Assembly: GCA_977016875.1 (NCBI GenBank)
Contig: CDRNST010000334.1
Location: 3,596,001-3,660,000 of the forward strand
Origin: Pavona decussata
Lineage: Eukaryota
Length of the DNA stretch: 64,000 nucleotides
Direction: 5' to 3'
In this document: piece after piece, positions 12,371 through 26,927 of the stretch
Layout of the letters: every line of letters starts with the position of its first letter
Numbering within the stretch: the first letter of the stretch is position 1
Made by a program: the position numbers and the translations under genes
The notes under the pieces: generated by a model
Database searches by the model: none
What the model was told of the DNA's origin: nothing
The model's input: the letters and a program-made list of their open reading frames with translations, nothing else

Positions 12371-14981
12371 TTACCACTGCACATCTTAGAATGGTCAGAG
12401 AAACTCTGATTTCTGAAGAATGATGCCTCATAATTTGTTTGAAGGTATTTTTGCACGGTTTATGACTAAGCAGGAAAAGAATATCTAGTAAGGGCTATTG
12501 AGAAAATTGGGGTAACCACACATTTTTCAGAGAAACTTAAGGTTCAATTTGGAAAAAAATACCATTCACTGTTATATATTTTAAAGCTTGTTAGAATAAT
12601 TATTGTTGCTATTATCTCTGAAAAATGTGTGGTTACCCCCAATTTTCTTTTTGGATTCCAATGGCCCTTGCTAAGATCTGCTTTTCCCACATAGGAGGCA
12701 CTGTACTTAAAGGAACGTGTGAAGCCAGTAGGAATTTTCAGAGGGTTGGGGGTGCTAAACCAATAAATCTTAGAGTGCAGGAATGGTATGGATATACCAT
12801 GGAACAACGCAATGAACTAGCAGTAACAGTAACATCTTTTCAGTTAGGCAGGCTACTTTCAGGGGTTTCATCAAGGGCCAGGCACCAGGCAAATTGACCA
12901 ACTGTCTACACAAGCGTCTGCTTTTAACAATCTCAGCCGTCATTTTCCATAAAATAACATATCCAAGTTAACATGCCCGGGTGCTCTGATCTTTTACCTG
13001 CCTGTTTAAAGCTTAATGAAACCCCTGCTACTTTTGCTTTTTTAAAGATGTTAACTGACTGGACAAATTTTACATTCTATCTGGTTTCCACTGCATCTAG
13101 TGGCCGTGTACTAGACTGTTGGTAACATATGTAAGGCCTAGGGAGCCAAAATTATTTTCATTTCTGAAGGATTTTTACCTGCCCCCTTTTTATGCTGCCC
13201 ACCCAGCTTGTACAATCTTTGCACCTACCACTTGTGTTATTTAATCGGGTATTGTCCTGGCAATTTAGTTGCATTTTGTTCTTGCATGAAATTTCTGTTA
13301 GAGCACCAGGGAGAAAATATTAAGGGATTTTTCCAAGGAAGAACAAATTATAAATCAGTTTTTAGCAATTTCTCCAAAATACATGTACATAGCTGGAAGA
13401 ACTTGAAAAAAACAAGCCCATTTTTTCAAGTTGCAATCCAGAGCCAAACTTAATTGATACCAGTTTCTGTACGTTAGCAGGCTTATTAACAACAGAACAT
13501 CCTATCAATTTATTCAAATAATGTTTTTTGGCTATTCAAAATGACACAAAAAAATAGGTGACAATAACCCTCTGCTTAAGGTTGGTGGTTGAAGCCCTGG
13601 CATGTTCACCACTGACACCTCACAAGAATCTTCATTTTTGACGGAGGTGGCATTTCTTGGAAGGGGAAGAAAGGACACAAATCACCCTGTTGTTAAGAAT
13701 AAGAATTGTTGTTGTGTACAATCATAGGAAAGAGTTGAGTTTATTTTATTGAAAGATCATTGATCAAATCACTTAATTTATCCAAGGCATATCAACTGGG
13801 AAGGCTAGAAAGACCAGAAATAGTGCATTGCCCCTTCTGGTAACCTAAGGTATAATTTCTAGAACGTTTCTGGTGTGGAGCTTTTGACTTTGTAACCTGA
13901 ATTTCTGGTTTGTACATTATGTTGACCACCTCAGGCTTGGAGGCACATGTTGTAGTGGTGGGTTGCACCAAACACTCAGCTGGATGGTGCTAGGGTCGGT
14001 GATTAAAGGCTTGGTTGGTCTCTGTTGTGATGCTATTTCCTTAGATGAGAAAGTTTACTCTATTTTGTCTCTGTGGCAAGCTGTATAAATGGGTAGCAGT
14101 GACAAACTACTGGGGAGGAAAGCTTCCTCTTGCAAGGTACAGTAGTGAATAGTGCCTTAGCTTGTCCTTACAGTATAGGCACCGAAACTGGAGAAAGAAA
14201 GTAGTTGTAGGTTGTTTAGGGTTGTTCCCTTATTTCTTTGTACCTTGCAATTCTGATCACATACCGTAAGAGATACATTTGTGCACAAAAACCAGTGTTG
14301 ACAGAATTTGGGATGATTGTTGTTGCGTTGAGTGCTTTGATTCAGGGATGGAAATATGTTGAACAGGAATGATTGCGTGACAAAATCAAAGTTTAGTATC
14401 CAGCTTGTCTGGCCAGAAGTAAAGTCCAATAAAAGATGGAAAGTTTTGCAGAATCCTATTCACAGTTATGTTAGAATTTTGTAGACAATTTAATGGTCTC
14501 TGTTTCTTGGGCATGGTATAATGCCTCATATACCATGGCCGCTAAGCCAATCAAATCGCTCGAATTGCATTATACAATGATCTTGATATCAACATGTATA
14601 GTCTCCCTACTCTTCCCTACATATATACTGGGTATTTTGGGACAAGTTGAGAGAGTTTGTTTATCAATCAATGCATGTTAGATCTTTTGTGATCATTTCC
14701 TCTATTCTCATTATACCTGAATGTTTAATCAAGCAGTGGTATTGTGAGGAGAGATAAGATGCTGATCACCATTGGGACTTAACAAGGGTTAAGTGGTTCT
14801 TTTATGCTGACTGAAGCACTGCATCATGGCATTAAAATTTATTGTTGTTTGAGCTATTGTCGTGTTGAAAACCCATAAGGGTTTCTGGTATTATCAAGTA
14901 TAAGCATTTTACCATTATAATATTATTATTTAGTTTGATTAGTTCTCAAAACTTCCAGTCAAACATAAATTAGGGGGCCTG

Positions 14982-15224
14982 GGACCTGTTTCTCGAAAGT
15001 CCTGGTAACTTACCGGGCCCGATAAATATATTAATTTTTTAAATGTTTTTTTCACTGATTACAGTGATTACAGACATGGTACTTGGCCAATGTTTTCATA
15101 GAATTACAAGATTTCAAAATTCAGTATTCAAAGCTAACAAAAATTGACTTCTGTCAAGAAACATTTATCACCAAAGACACTTATCGGGCCCGGTAAGTTA
15201 CTGGGACGTTCGAGAAATGGGCCC
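14982..15224. mobile_element. PIF/Harbinger-like MITE
   Basis: CTG|GGACCTGTTTCTCGAAAGTCC ... GGACGTTCGAGAAATGGGCCC|CTG: TIRs with a 3-bp CTG target duplication. Confidence 0.7.
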
Positions 15225-18200
15225 CTGGTGTTTTAGGGCCAGAAATGGATGCTGGGTCCTGCAGTTAAATTGTTTTGTTTTAGACACTTGTCCCTGGGTT
15301 CACCTTCATTTTGAGTTCACCCATGCCAGGGTTAATGCTACAGTGTAATGTGGATTTGGCAGGATGTGTTGTGTGCTAGTGTTATGAGAAATAACATACT
15401 TGAGGATAAAGGAATATATTTTGTAAATACAATAAAATCAAATTTTAAAGTAAAAATAAGTAGTTTTGTTTCTGTTGCTTAGCCTAGAGAGAATTATTTT
15501 CCTTTTCAACGACTTGATTAACAAGTTACTTATATTTTCTGCCGTCATTTGGAAGATCTGTGGTACTTGATACTTACAAAAGAAGGTAATGTAAGTTGAA
15601 TAAAGAGGTTTTGATTGAAAATTTTATTGAATTGTGACCAATGTTTGCAATGACTACTATGGGCGGCATGTACTTTAAGTTTGTTTGTAGCGTACTCTTG
15701 CGGCAAAATGTAAACAATAACGTCAACAAAGATTGTATTAAATAGATTGTTTTGGGTCTGTCCAAATAAAAATGTAGTACCTAAGTGGTGAGGACTAAGC
15801 TCCAATACCAGTGCTAAACAAAACTGATCAGATTTCCTTCTATTGAAAATTGAACTGAAAACGCATTTCTAAAGAAGGGCTTGTTTGGCAGTCCACAGTG
15901 CACATATGTTCTGCACATCTCGAGATACTTGGGTTTCCTATGGATGGTGCCTACTATTACAGGAATATTTTTGAGCGGTTTAAAACTATGCCGAGAAAGC
16001 AGAGCTTAGCAAGTGCTCTTGGTATCCAAAAAGAAAAGTGGGGGTGGCCGTGCATTTTTCAGAGATAATAAAACTTCAACTTGGAAAAAAATGCCATACA
16101 TTGCTTTGTATTTTACTGTTTTTAAAATAATTGTTGCTTAATTATCTCTAAAAAATAAGAAATTACCCCCAATTTTCTTTTTAAATTCCAATAGCCCTTG
16201 CTAAGATCTGCTTTCCCCACATAGTCATAAACCGCGCAAAAATACTTCTTTATTAATACCATAAATATCACTTGCAGATGATTAGACTTTCAAGTAATAA
16301 AATGCCAGTGCTTATACCAAAATTCAGGATGCCATTTCAAAGAAGTGAATCAAATTAAGTAATAGAAGCACCGCTAGGGCAAGGGTTTCATAATTTTTAA
16401 AATCGCTCATGTTGCCATCCTTTCTTGTTGTACCTTGAGCTGTTGGTTCATTTTCATTGTGCCTGTAGTTTTTCTGTGCTTATTTGGTTTCTCTCCTCAC
16501 TAGCTTACAAGTATGCTCTTTTAAAAGCTTACCTCGCCAACGAAAAACCAGCCTTTTTAAAAGCTTACATTCTGCAAAGTAAGTGCTTCAGAAAGTGCTT
16601 AGCAATGTGAAAAACAACGATAAATTACATACAATAGTCACATACTAAATTACCCTATCATTAATTGTATGGTCTAGTTTAAAATCACATCAATTCACCG
16701 AAATTAATGTACTTCAAATCAACCGAAGGAGCTCACAAATACAGGGTAGCTTTCTGGTGGCTAATAATTACCAACAAGTAATGACTTGAGCAGTATTCAC
16801 TAAATATTGAGTTATGGATGTGTGTAGGGAGTTACTCAGTACAAAATGTAAGTTGAGAGCAACTCTAGATTCTTGAGTGCTTACATGTAACAAACCCACC
16901 CAAGTACTGTGTATTAACCACCTGCTTTATAACCTAAACCAAGCAACAGAATGGTAATACAAATCCTACATTTCTCAAAGTTTTTTATGTTAACTATAAG
17001 TGGATGGTAAGACCTTTTTTGTTGCCAACCTGAATGAATATGGTATAATAATTGTTGCTAGCAATCTGTTGAGCGGCAGATAAAGTGCAACCTCAAAATC
17101 AGAATTGTATTCAGGTACATGAATTAGAGGACTTGAGGTGGAATGGCCTAGTGCTAAGGGCATCAGAGGTTCCAGCTTCAACTCCTGCTCTGACCACTTG
17201 GTTTTGTTTGAAGGTGGCCCAATTTTCAAAACCAAGACCATCAGGGGTTTCACTAAGTTTTGAAGTAGGTGGGCCCCTATAGAAGGGTAGCTGGGAAGAA
17301 AATTACACGTGAAGTGGGTTTCTCTATGTTCAGTTTGAAAGTAGGCAGGCACTGACTCTTGTGTATCCTGGTACTGGTACCCGGGTCCCACCTTCTAATG
17401 ACAACTCTGGACCATGCTATGTTAATAGCCAGCTGGGATTTTTCACAAATGTTATGTTCAGTTTGAATAGCTTGTTCAGTGATTCATTCCAAAATCCCCT
17501 AAACTACTACTTACACAGTTGAAAGTTATAAATTCAGGAGTACTTGATAATTCGACATAAAGACGTTCATTATTACTTATTACTTAAATTAACATGTATG
17601 CACAATTAGCTTATGGGTAAATCGTATTTAAATGAATATAAATGTACATGTATGAAACATATATTTGAATTGTAGGTGAAAGATTAAATAGAAGAAAGAT
17701 CCTTGCAGTTAAGCAACTTAAGCAGTCGTGAAAAGAAGGCCTGAAAATAATTATTTATTATTAATGCCTTATTGGCAGACCAATAATTCTTAGAGAGCAT
17801 GCTTTACTTTAGTCATGTTATTGCAGATTTATAACATGTAGAGGCCTGTGAACACAACAATTTTGCACAATAACTAAAACTACATACTGTACAGTAACAG
17901 CACACTTGTTCATGTTCCATTGATTTGAACTTTAATAACACATTCCTTCCAAAATCCCCTAAACTACTACTTACACAGTTGAAAGTTATAAACGTATGTA
18001 AATGTGCTTTTATACAGAAGAGTAAAAACCAGTGAAAGAATTCCCTGCCTTGAAGAATTATGAATGACAAGAATCATTATTCATTGCTGTTTAATGGACG
18101 CATTGTAAAGGGTTTTTTTTATGAAAATAGAGATCCTGCATAGATAATATCGCTCAGTAACTTAGGTAGCCTTGGAATTCCAATCACATTGGTTGGCACT

Positions 18201-18992
18201 TAAAATGAATGTACACTTCTGCAGTATGCTATATATCCCTTTTTTTATAACAATCCGGTTAAATCTAAAAACAATATAAAAAGTAGCAGCTGATTTGAAA
18301 CTGTAACTGAAATTTGCAAGCATCCTTGTTCCGATCAAATTGTCCTGCATGTAAGTCCACCCCTAAAATTTTAGTTGTCTATACACTAATTGAAATTAAA
18401 AAAATTGCTACCATGTTGAGATTTTAACTTTAACTTAGGAAAGTACATATTAAATAATATGCCGGTGTAAAATTAGGTTGCATTTGTTTGACTCCTTCAA
18501 TAATTATTTTCATATTGAATGAAACATACAGAACTTTCCAGACAATATCTGTACCCAATCCCATAGAGGTGATAGTTTCTAAGACTCTCTCCCCCTCTAG
18601 AATTTCCAATTTATCTTCAAGTTTTCCTTCAAACTGTTTGCCCTTTAACTTTTTAATTTCCAATCACTTCTGTGTGGGTAATTGAGGGGAGGGTATGAGA
18701 GTATTTTCTGGAAGTTCAGAATAGAGTAGACTACTGCTATCTCAATCAACTCACTCAGAGCCAGTAATATTATTACTGAACAACAATAAACAAATTATCC
18801 ACGGTAAACACAAGATTCACACAAGACAGCCATTGTAAGATAATGTTGGGAGTCTATGGTAGCATGGGCTTCATCCCACTCCCACTAGCTGATTGAAGGA
18901 AAATAAATACAGTTTCCTAAAATAGACAGCACTATTTTCGTTTACTTGGAACTGGGACAGCTGTGTTAATTTAAAATATTCTATCACACCTG

Positions 18993-19250
18993 GGCCCAGT
19001 TGTTCGGAGCCTGATTAAGTTAATCCAGGGTTAATTAATATGAACTAAAAAAAAACTTGAATCGATTAATTAAAATTATTAGTGATCAATAAAGATTTTT
19101 CCAAAACGTTTTAAGCTATGGTTTATACGGAGACTTTTCTTGATCATTAGCTTAAAATAAGCTTTAAAGAACATTTTTACTAGCGAGATGAAAACCCCTA
19201 ATGACTTTTAACTATGGATCAGCATTAATCGGCTTTCAAATAACCGAGCC
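18993..19250. mobile_element. PIF/Harbinger-like MITE family (GGCCCAGTTGTTC TIR)
   Basis: CTG flanks on both sides, TIR GGCCCAGTTGTTC; further copies at 39318-39552, 39572-39811, 41757-42003 and a related one at 26254-26400. Confidence 0.7.
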
Positions 19251-20055
19251 CTGAACTGGAACAACAAAAGAGCAGGTCCCCCCCCCCCCCCCCAAAAAAA
19301 AAAAATGTGTCCCTAATTTAGACAGCAGACAGCTTTATTTTGTAAAGAAGGACCAAACATGCATCATCGTCTTTGGGGTGTTATAGCTTTAGAAAGAACT
19401 GTCTGATCATCAGGTTGAAGACAACAATAACAAATCTGTGTACTGCTTGATATATAGAAAACAAAAACCTTCAAGTTTTGAATGCAACATCCACAGCCTG
19501 TTACAAACAAGCTTCAGAAAATAATGTTGATAAAGAGATGGCCTAAAACTAGTTTCTAAACAATACCCGGCCAGAAACAGACCGAGTTATCTCCTCCTCC
19601 TCAAGTAATGATAAACTGACAGCCAACTTAAGCTACTTTAGAGAGCGGCACAATCAATTTCGGAATTTACATGTAAATTAATTTATTTTTTGTTGTTACT
19701 TTCAAATGGTTTTTTTGCAGAATGAAACTTACTGGTATAGGCCATCGACAGAATGTCTGTTTTCCAAAGCTACTTGCAAAGCTAAAATTTATAAACTTAG
19801 CTTATTAACATACTAATATTAAAGATCTTGAATTCTAAAACAAACCTGAAAGAAACATTTCTCGGAACAAGAATGCTGGCAAGAACACAATATCTTGATA
19901 CTAAGGAACAGTAAGTTAAAAATCTTGTTAAGATTAAACAAATTAAAACCTACATTTACATGGTACACTCAGCCGCTTACACTGGTGTCCGTTGGGTGTG
20001 TCCCACATTCCTAATCCCTCTATGCACAGGAAGCGAATGAACAAATTAATGTCTA

Positions 20056-23000
20056 TCAGGAGGAATTAGAGTTACTGCTTGATGTAGGGCCACTGTATGC
20101 TTGACCACCATTGACGTATGAAGTCCCCAGCCCATAAAGATGCCCACAGTACTTTGCGTCATCTATGTTGTCTTCAAAAAACATCTACAGTATGGACAAC
20201 AGAACAAGCATTTTTATAAAATTAATTTACGAACAAATTTGATATTGATTTCAAAAACTTATGCCCAACATCTAAAAACAGGATTACCGTCGATTGCATC
20301 TACCCGTGAACGCACGCGCCCAAAACATGTTTTCACGTGATGTCAAACGTCCGAGTTTCAGGTGTCAAACTTTGAAGTTTTCCCGCCCAAATGTGTGGTT
20401 CACTCTGTTCTCTTGACCGTTCATTGTCAGCGTGGTCAAGAAATCAGCAAAAATGTCTTCTCTGATAAGGAGAGCCGAAAAAGTATCGAGGACCTTTTCA
20501 GAGACGTGGATGAAGACTTATTGATATATGCTGGAGAATTACGAAGCAATGGTTTTACGTCAACAGCGAGCGCAATTTCCACACCGCCACCGAAAATTAT
20601 ACGGCTCAAAATTAAAACCGAACCTCGGGCTTCAAACGGACTTTACAAGACCAGGGCAATGGCGACAACACGGTAAATGATGTTTTCCGATGTTGATTTG
20701 CTTTCTACAAATAGTTTAAGTGATGATTTGAACCAGAATTCTGTACCTTCTGTAATTTTTATCGCAAACGTGCCCGAATTTACTGCGAGTGATCGCTTTG
20801 TACAAACACGAAGCGTCTTCAAATTTTACATGCGTGTTTGCACGCACGCAAAAAAACTTTCAGTTTTTTTGCCTCCAATCGCAAATGTATTGTTTATTTC
20901 AATAAAATGTTTTGTTGGAAAAGCTTTTTGTTGATTTTTGTGTCTTTGTGTCTTTTGTGTCTTTGTTTGAGAAGCGACAGATGCGTAATCGAGGACAAGT
21001 TGCATAAGCGGGTTGAAGTTGATACGCCAAAGGTCTTCATCAACATGCCGTGAATTTTAGTGTGTTTTTCGGCAATTTTTCGCCACTTGCTTGCACCATG
21101 GTCTCCAACAGAATAGAGTCTTGGAAAGTACACCTAGGAACTGTTCGAACGTGATTCGACTGTTTGGGAGCCGTGCTTTCAGTCAAGATGTACTGCTTAA
21201 CGATTTTTGAAACTGATGATTGCTGATGCGTAATCGCCTCCCAACTTCGAATTCTGAAAACCATTCTGAAAAAGAATAATCCTGCGCAAGTTCTTTCACT
21301 TGATTACGTAAATCGCTTGAAAGTGGGACGCCTTTCTGATAATTTCGTCCTTTCTTGTTGATTGAAAACATCTTCCCTTTGAGCAGTGGCTGCCGAGAAG
21401 TAAAACTTCACATTTGGGCGGGAAAACTTCAAAGTTTGACACCTGAAACTCAGACGTTTGACGTCACGTGAAAACATGTTTTGGGCGCGTGCGTTCACGG
21501 GTAGATGCAATCGACGGTAATTTAATAGTTATAAACAGTGCTAATGCATAAATTTTTACTGCCTTTCAGTGAGGGCTAACTTCACTAACTACATGAAACA
21601 TTTAGTGTAACTTTAAAATATTATAATATTATAACAAAAACATTGCTTGGCATTAAATCCTAAGCCTGGTGTTGTTAATCAAGGTTTTGGTAATTGCACC
21701 CAATAAAATTCTATCATTCAACTGATTTGGATCTAGTTTGGCAATCAAATGAAGTGGTGGGTGGCAAAAGGCCCTAAGTGACTCTTGATCTCACGTCAAA
21801 TTCTCCCCTCCTTTACAAGGAAACACAAGGTAATTTTGAAGGAGAATGTAGCATTTTATCGGAAGTGACTTAGGGCTGTTTTCCAGGCACCCTTTCAAAT
21901 GTAGTTGAACTCACCAAACTATTTTGTCAATTACATATAATCAAATGTTCAATAACACTGCCTCTTGAATTGAACATAATCAAACTCTCAATTGGTGCTG
22001 GCATTTAATATGTTCTTTACGCTTGGCTCACATAATAATTATGTGAGCCTCAGCCAAGTGTTACAAAGTACACACTGTATTAATATTTTCCTCTTACAAT
22101 TATTGTGAGAGGAAAATATCTCCACTTTGTAACCCAATTTTATTAAGACTACAGTGCTTATCAATGTGCTGTTTCTTTTGTTGTTGTCGTTTTTTTGTTT
22201 GTTTTTTCTACAGAATAAAATTATAAGTCTAGAATAGGTCTTATTTTAATTCCCCATTTCTTATCTATTTTTCTTTTTTTTTTTTGTGGGTGATGGCAAT
22301 TTCCTGTTTAAAGAAAGTCGCTATTATTAATCAAGCTAATGGCATTGATTCAGTTCAGTTGGTTCAATTTCATTCAGTTTAATCACACTTGCTAACAAGT
22401 TCCAGTTCAGCTGGGTTTAATTGAGCACAATTGATTTTTGTTTGGTTTTCTTTGAATGACCACACCAGGTCCGAAAATTAATAACGATCAATAGCTTTTC
22501 AACAAAATTAATGAATCCTGAAATTAATTACTACTATTCATAGACTTTAAGCAAACTACACGATACAGAATTCAACTTGACAATGAAAGAACATTTACAT
22601 GTAAGGCATATAATTATTTTAAATAAGCACTGCAATCCCAAAATAAACCAGTTACAGTGTGTAAAACATCTGGATTCTTAACAGCAAATAAACTGAAAAC
22701 AAGGAACCATTATTGTGCAGACATGCCAGAGAATGGACAAGAAGTGCCAAACACAGTAATATTTAAAGGCAGCATAGCGAACCATAAAATTAATAATTGC
22801 TTGAAAAGTCTAGTAAACACACCTCTCTCATTCTAAAAAATGCATTTCCAGTTAAAAGACTGTCACTTCCTGCTTGGTGTTGGGGTCCTACCCTCTCAAG
22901 CTAAACAGTAAAAAGAAAACAAGATATAACACATGTCATCTGAAATTCACTGAGCATCAAAAGTTAAACCACATAACACAACTGACCATATTATTCATCT

Positions 23001-26000
23001 AGGGGGAATCCTTTGTCCTAGCTTATGGGAATACTAGTGCATCACTGAGGTTTTCCTTACCCCCACCCAACACTTTTTTCACCAACAGAAGAGACTTGGC
23101 ATCACATTTTAAGGTAAATGGTAGAAATAATAAGGTCAGCGTGATTTCCCTATAGCCATTCACCGTGTCTGCACAAGGGTGAGTAGTTTTAAGTAAACAT
23201 GTTAGCTACAAACTCAAGAGTTATTTTGCACGATTTTCATACACTTGCATGTACTAAATCTTTTGAATAAAGGTAAACAGAAATCTGAAGTTTACTGTTT
23301 GACCTAAACGCTATGGCAAACCTCTCTGTTACCATTTATTAATTATACACTTCTGTGGAGAAATTGGTAAATACAGCTGTAGACAGAAAAAGTGGGATAA
23401 AGTTTCTTGTCTAAGGAAACAACATAACAATGCGGAAATCAACCTAAACTGAAACCACTGACCCTCTTTCATCAAAAGCTTCAGTTGCATGGGCTAATTG
23501 GCGTGTTACAATTATTTGTTGGCTGATTTATTTTTCTGTTGATGCAATATGGGGTGAAATTGGCCTGATTCAAGAAATCTGTAGTGCTCACTACCATAGA
23601 TTTTAAAAATCACACAAATTTTTGGCCACTCACTCACTTTCTTTGTCAAATTAGGCCCGATCAGCCTGATTTGTTGGTAAGTGTAAAATTAGCTTTTACC
23701 TCTAGCAACTCAGCTACTTCCTGTAGGCCACCTTTGAGACTCTTGCAACTCTTCATCAAGTATTTCACGTCATAAATATTTGGAAAATATAGCTTGAGAA
23801 GGTCAAAGAATTCAGACTCTTCACTTGGCAAGTTCTGTGCAGTTAGGACTTTTAGAAGGTAGGCAAAATCGTAACCACTAGGAAATAAAAGAAACAGTTA
23901 GAATGCAGAGCAAAATACAGCAGGTAACTCTGACAGATTAAACCTGTCTCCAGGGTTCTTGTCAGGAGCCTGTAGCTGGTTATTTTTACTGTCTATTCAC
24001 ATAAATGTTACTGGCTATTGTGAAAAAATGTTTCCTAAATTATCGAAACCAGTTTCAAATATCATTGTATTTTGAAAACAATCGTCCTTGTCTTGGGAAT
24101 TTCCTTTCCATAAATAATGTTAAAACATCCAGCAGATAATATCTTGTTAAAAATCCATCGCCTGTAAAGAAATCACTCTTGGTTTGAGCATTTTCTTTCG
24201 TCAAAAACAATGCTGACTTCAAGCTCAACCATGTTTGGTTTCCATTCTTCCCGTGGCCATCTCGCTCCCATCATTCCCTGGGAGACATTGATAAAGATGG
24301 CATCCACTTGCTATTGCAAATTTATTGCGGTACCTCTTTTTGGAAATTATCTTAACAAGAACCCTGCGTTCAATACTGGAATAATAACAAATGGCAGTAA
24401 AAAATACACTAACTGTACCTATGAAACGATAACCATTTGACATCTTCATTCAGCACAAGTCCTGATGTTATGAGAAGCTCTGCAAAGTCACCAACATCAA
24501 TTCCGTCTTCCTCGTGCCTTTTAAACTGGATACCTGCTCGGTTGAGTAAATCTATAGAATCCTGGGCATACATATCTTCCCTGAAATAGAAAGTTATCAA
24601 CTTAATTTCCCTTAACTATAATTGTAAACAGGAAAACAGGCACAACCTTTTTTGTTTGGCACAAAAAGAGAATTATTCAGTGAAATGAAAAGTGAAATAT
24701 CAATTTAAAACGTTAAAAGAACATTTCATTGAAAAACATGTTCAAGACATGTAAGAAAGGTTGCTGCTATTACATTAAGTCCTATATACATCTAGGCATT
24801 AATATTATACTGTCCTGACTAAAGTGAACAACTGCTATTGACATTGACTGACACTTGAATAAAGTTTTATTAAGCTGAAGACAATCTTTACTTTGCCATT
24901 TTTCTGCCTGACACATGAAATTAAGTATATTGCAGGATATTATTCTGTTGACTATGGACAATGAATATTCAGTGTACCATGATAATATCCGGGCAGTGTT
25001 ACAATGTATTGAATAATAATTCTTTTTATTATCCCACGATTATGTCATTTCACCAAATAAGGTCAACAAAATGTGCAAAATATAAGACTGTAATACACTG
25101 TAGTGTCCCGGTTTGACCGGTTTACAACAGAGCGAATATGGGCAACAACATTTCACTGGCTTTCTGCATTGTTTACGTCATTCGCACGCGGTATATACTG
25201 ATAGACAGATAATGCCGGGTGTATTTCAACAATCTTACCAGAAAAGAGAAGCCAAAAATCACAAACTCTTTTTTGGAATAATAAATCTCTCATTCGATGG
25301 TTTTACGTATAATACAGGCAGACATTGTGCACGTAGCTCATATTTTTCCTTTCCCCTTCAGGACACTGAAAAATACTATGCAACTCACAAAATATCCATG
25401 CATATTATGTGTAAAACGCTCAAATAAGATATAATGGTATGTAGTTTTGGCCGAGGATTTAGCACTTGTCCTGAACACCTGTGAGTGTCCTGACTCTGTT
25501 AACATTTGAAACAATTGCCACAAAATTCGTTTTACTACGATTGACCACCACCAAAAACTTAATCTCAACTTTGGTAGCCTATCATGGGAAATATGATTGG
25601 TAATCCTGCACTAAATTACACTGTACTGTTGTAAATACCGGTTACTCCATCTATCAACATACTTACGTCAGATTAAACTTGAAGTTGAACTGACATGTGG
25701 CCCCAACAGGTGCTTGCTGTCCTTTTTCATTATAAAACGACAAACCAAGCTGTATGATCTTCAACAAGTCTACATTGCACCTAAGAAGTTGGTACTGGTA
25801 GTCAGACGTGCTGCGGAACTCTCCTATAGGCCGAGCCACAACACCAGGAAATTCTGTGTCCTGCAATAAGTATTAACAAGGGCATCACCATCGCCGTATT
25901 TTTAAGAGTTTGAAGCGAGAAGGTAGACTTGTGCCACATAAAGCAAAGGAGGAAAGGAACCAATCTTTAATAGTGTAAGTGCCAACATGGACCGACAGGG

Positions 26001-26927
26001 AATTTCTCCTTACATTATTCCTACTTGAACATACAAACAAGTTACGAGAAAAAAGAAAATGATCACCACTAGCAAAACGAGAAAAATAAGGAGAATATGT
26101 GTGTTGATATCTGGGCTTAAAGGTTTTTCCCCCGGGGATGTGGGAGGGAGGGGGGGTTTCCTTGGAATGTGGGGGTGTGCAGCTCAGTTCTCCAGACCAA
26201 AATAAGTAATTTTCAGAACTGACCTCTAAAATTTATACCAATGTTCAGACCTGGGCCCAGTTGTTCAAAGAGTGAATAATGTCATCCAATGGATAAATCT
26301 CTATCCAGAGGATAAAATGTAATCTAACTGATACATTTTATCCGATGGATAGCGATTTATACACTGGATAAAGTTATTTACACTTTGAACAACTGGGGCC
26401 TGGTTTTTAGAATCAAAATGGTTAAAATCAATACCTTATTTCAGACCAAAACAGCTCAAAAACCATACCCTTTGGTGCCACACATACCCCAGGAGTGGCG
26501 GGGGTATGCGGAAGAAATTAAGTACAAGGCTAGCGCAACGAAGTTCTGAACAGGAAGCTGTAGTCATTTTCGGTTAAATTACTTGCCTAATCCTTCAAAC
26601 TTCTGGATTATAACCTGGTTGTTATATGTGATAAGCAAAAGGTTATTTGTTTGGCTGCCACAAAGCCTCCTATTATTCCAGCTCCAAATAATGGAAAAGG
26701 AGACTGTTATGAGGGAAGGGTGGCATTGGCCTGAATTAAAATTATAAGTTCTATGGTTAAGTCAATTTAATTTGACTCCAAGTCAAAAATCAAGAGGAAA
26801 TAGGAACTTAACTCACCATAGCAACATACGGATAGTTTTCCACTATATCTCGAATTTTGGCGAACTCTTCCTCCGTGTTATTTTTCCAAACATCCCTGAT
26901 GTTGAAATTCGGCACGTTGGACGGCAT
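20056..26927 (-). CDS. CNOT7: CCR4-NOT transcription complex subunit 7/8 (CAF1/POP2 DEDDh deadenylase), 283 aa, complete
   Basis: Minus-strand exons 26927-26817, 25860-25667, 24580-24419, 23877-23700, 22900-22823, 20184-20056 (TGA), 852 nt in phase. Motifs [102 protein letters not shown] likely 5'UTR exon ends at 27187. Confidence 0.96.
20287..21517. mobile_element. Internally deleted Tc1/mariner(IS630)-like DNA transposon with ~110-bp TIRs, in the last intron of CNOT7
   Basis: TA|CCGTCGATTGCATCTACCCGTGAACG... TIRs almost perfect, TA flanks. Minus-strand remnant (21371 downwards) of a paired-like HTH: [17 protein letters not shown]...[10 protein letters not shown]...[18 protein letters not shown]. 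Confidence 0.85.
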
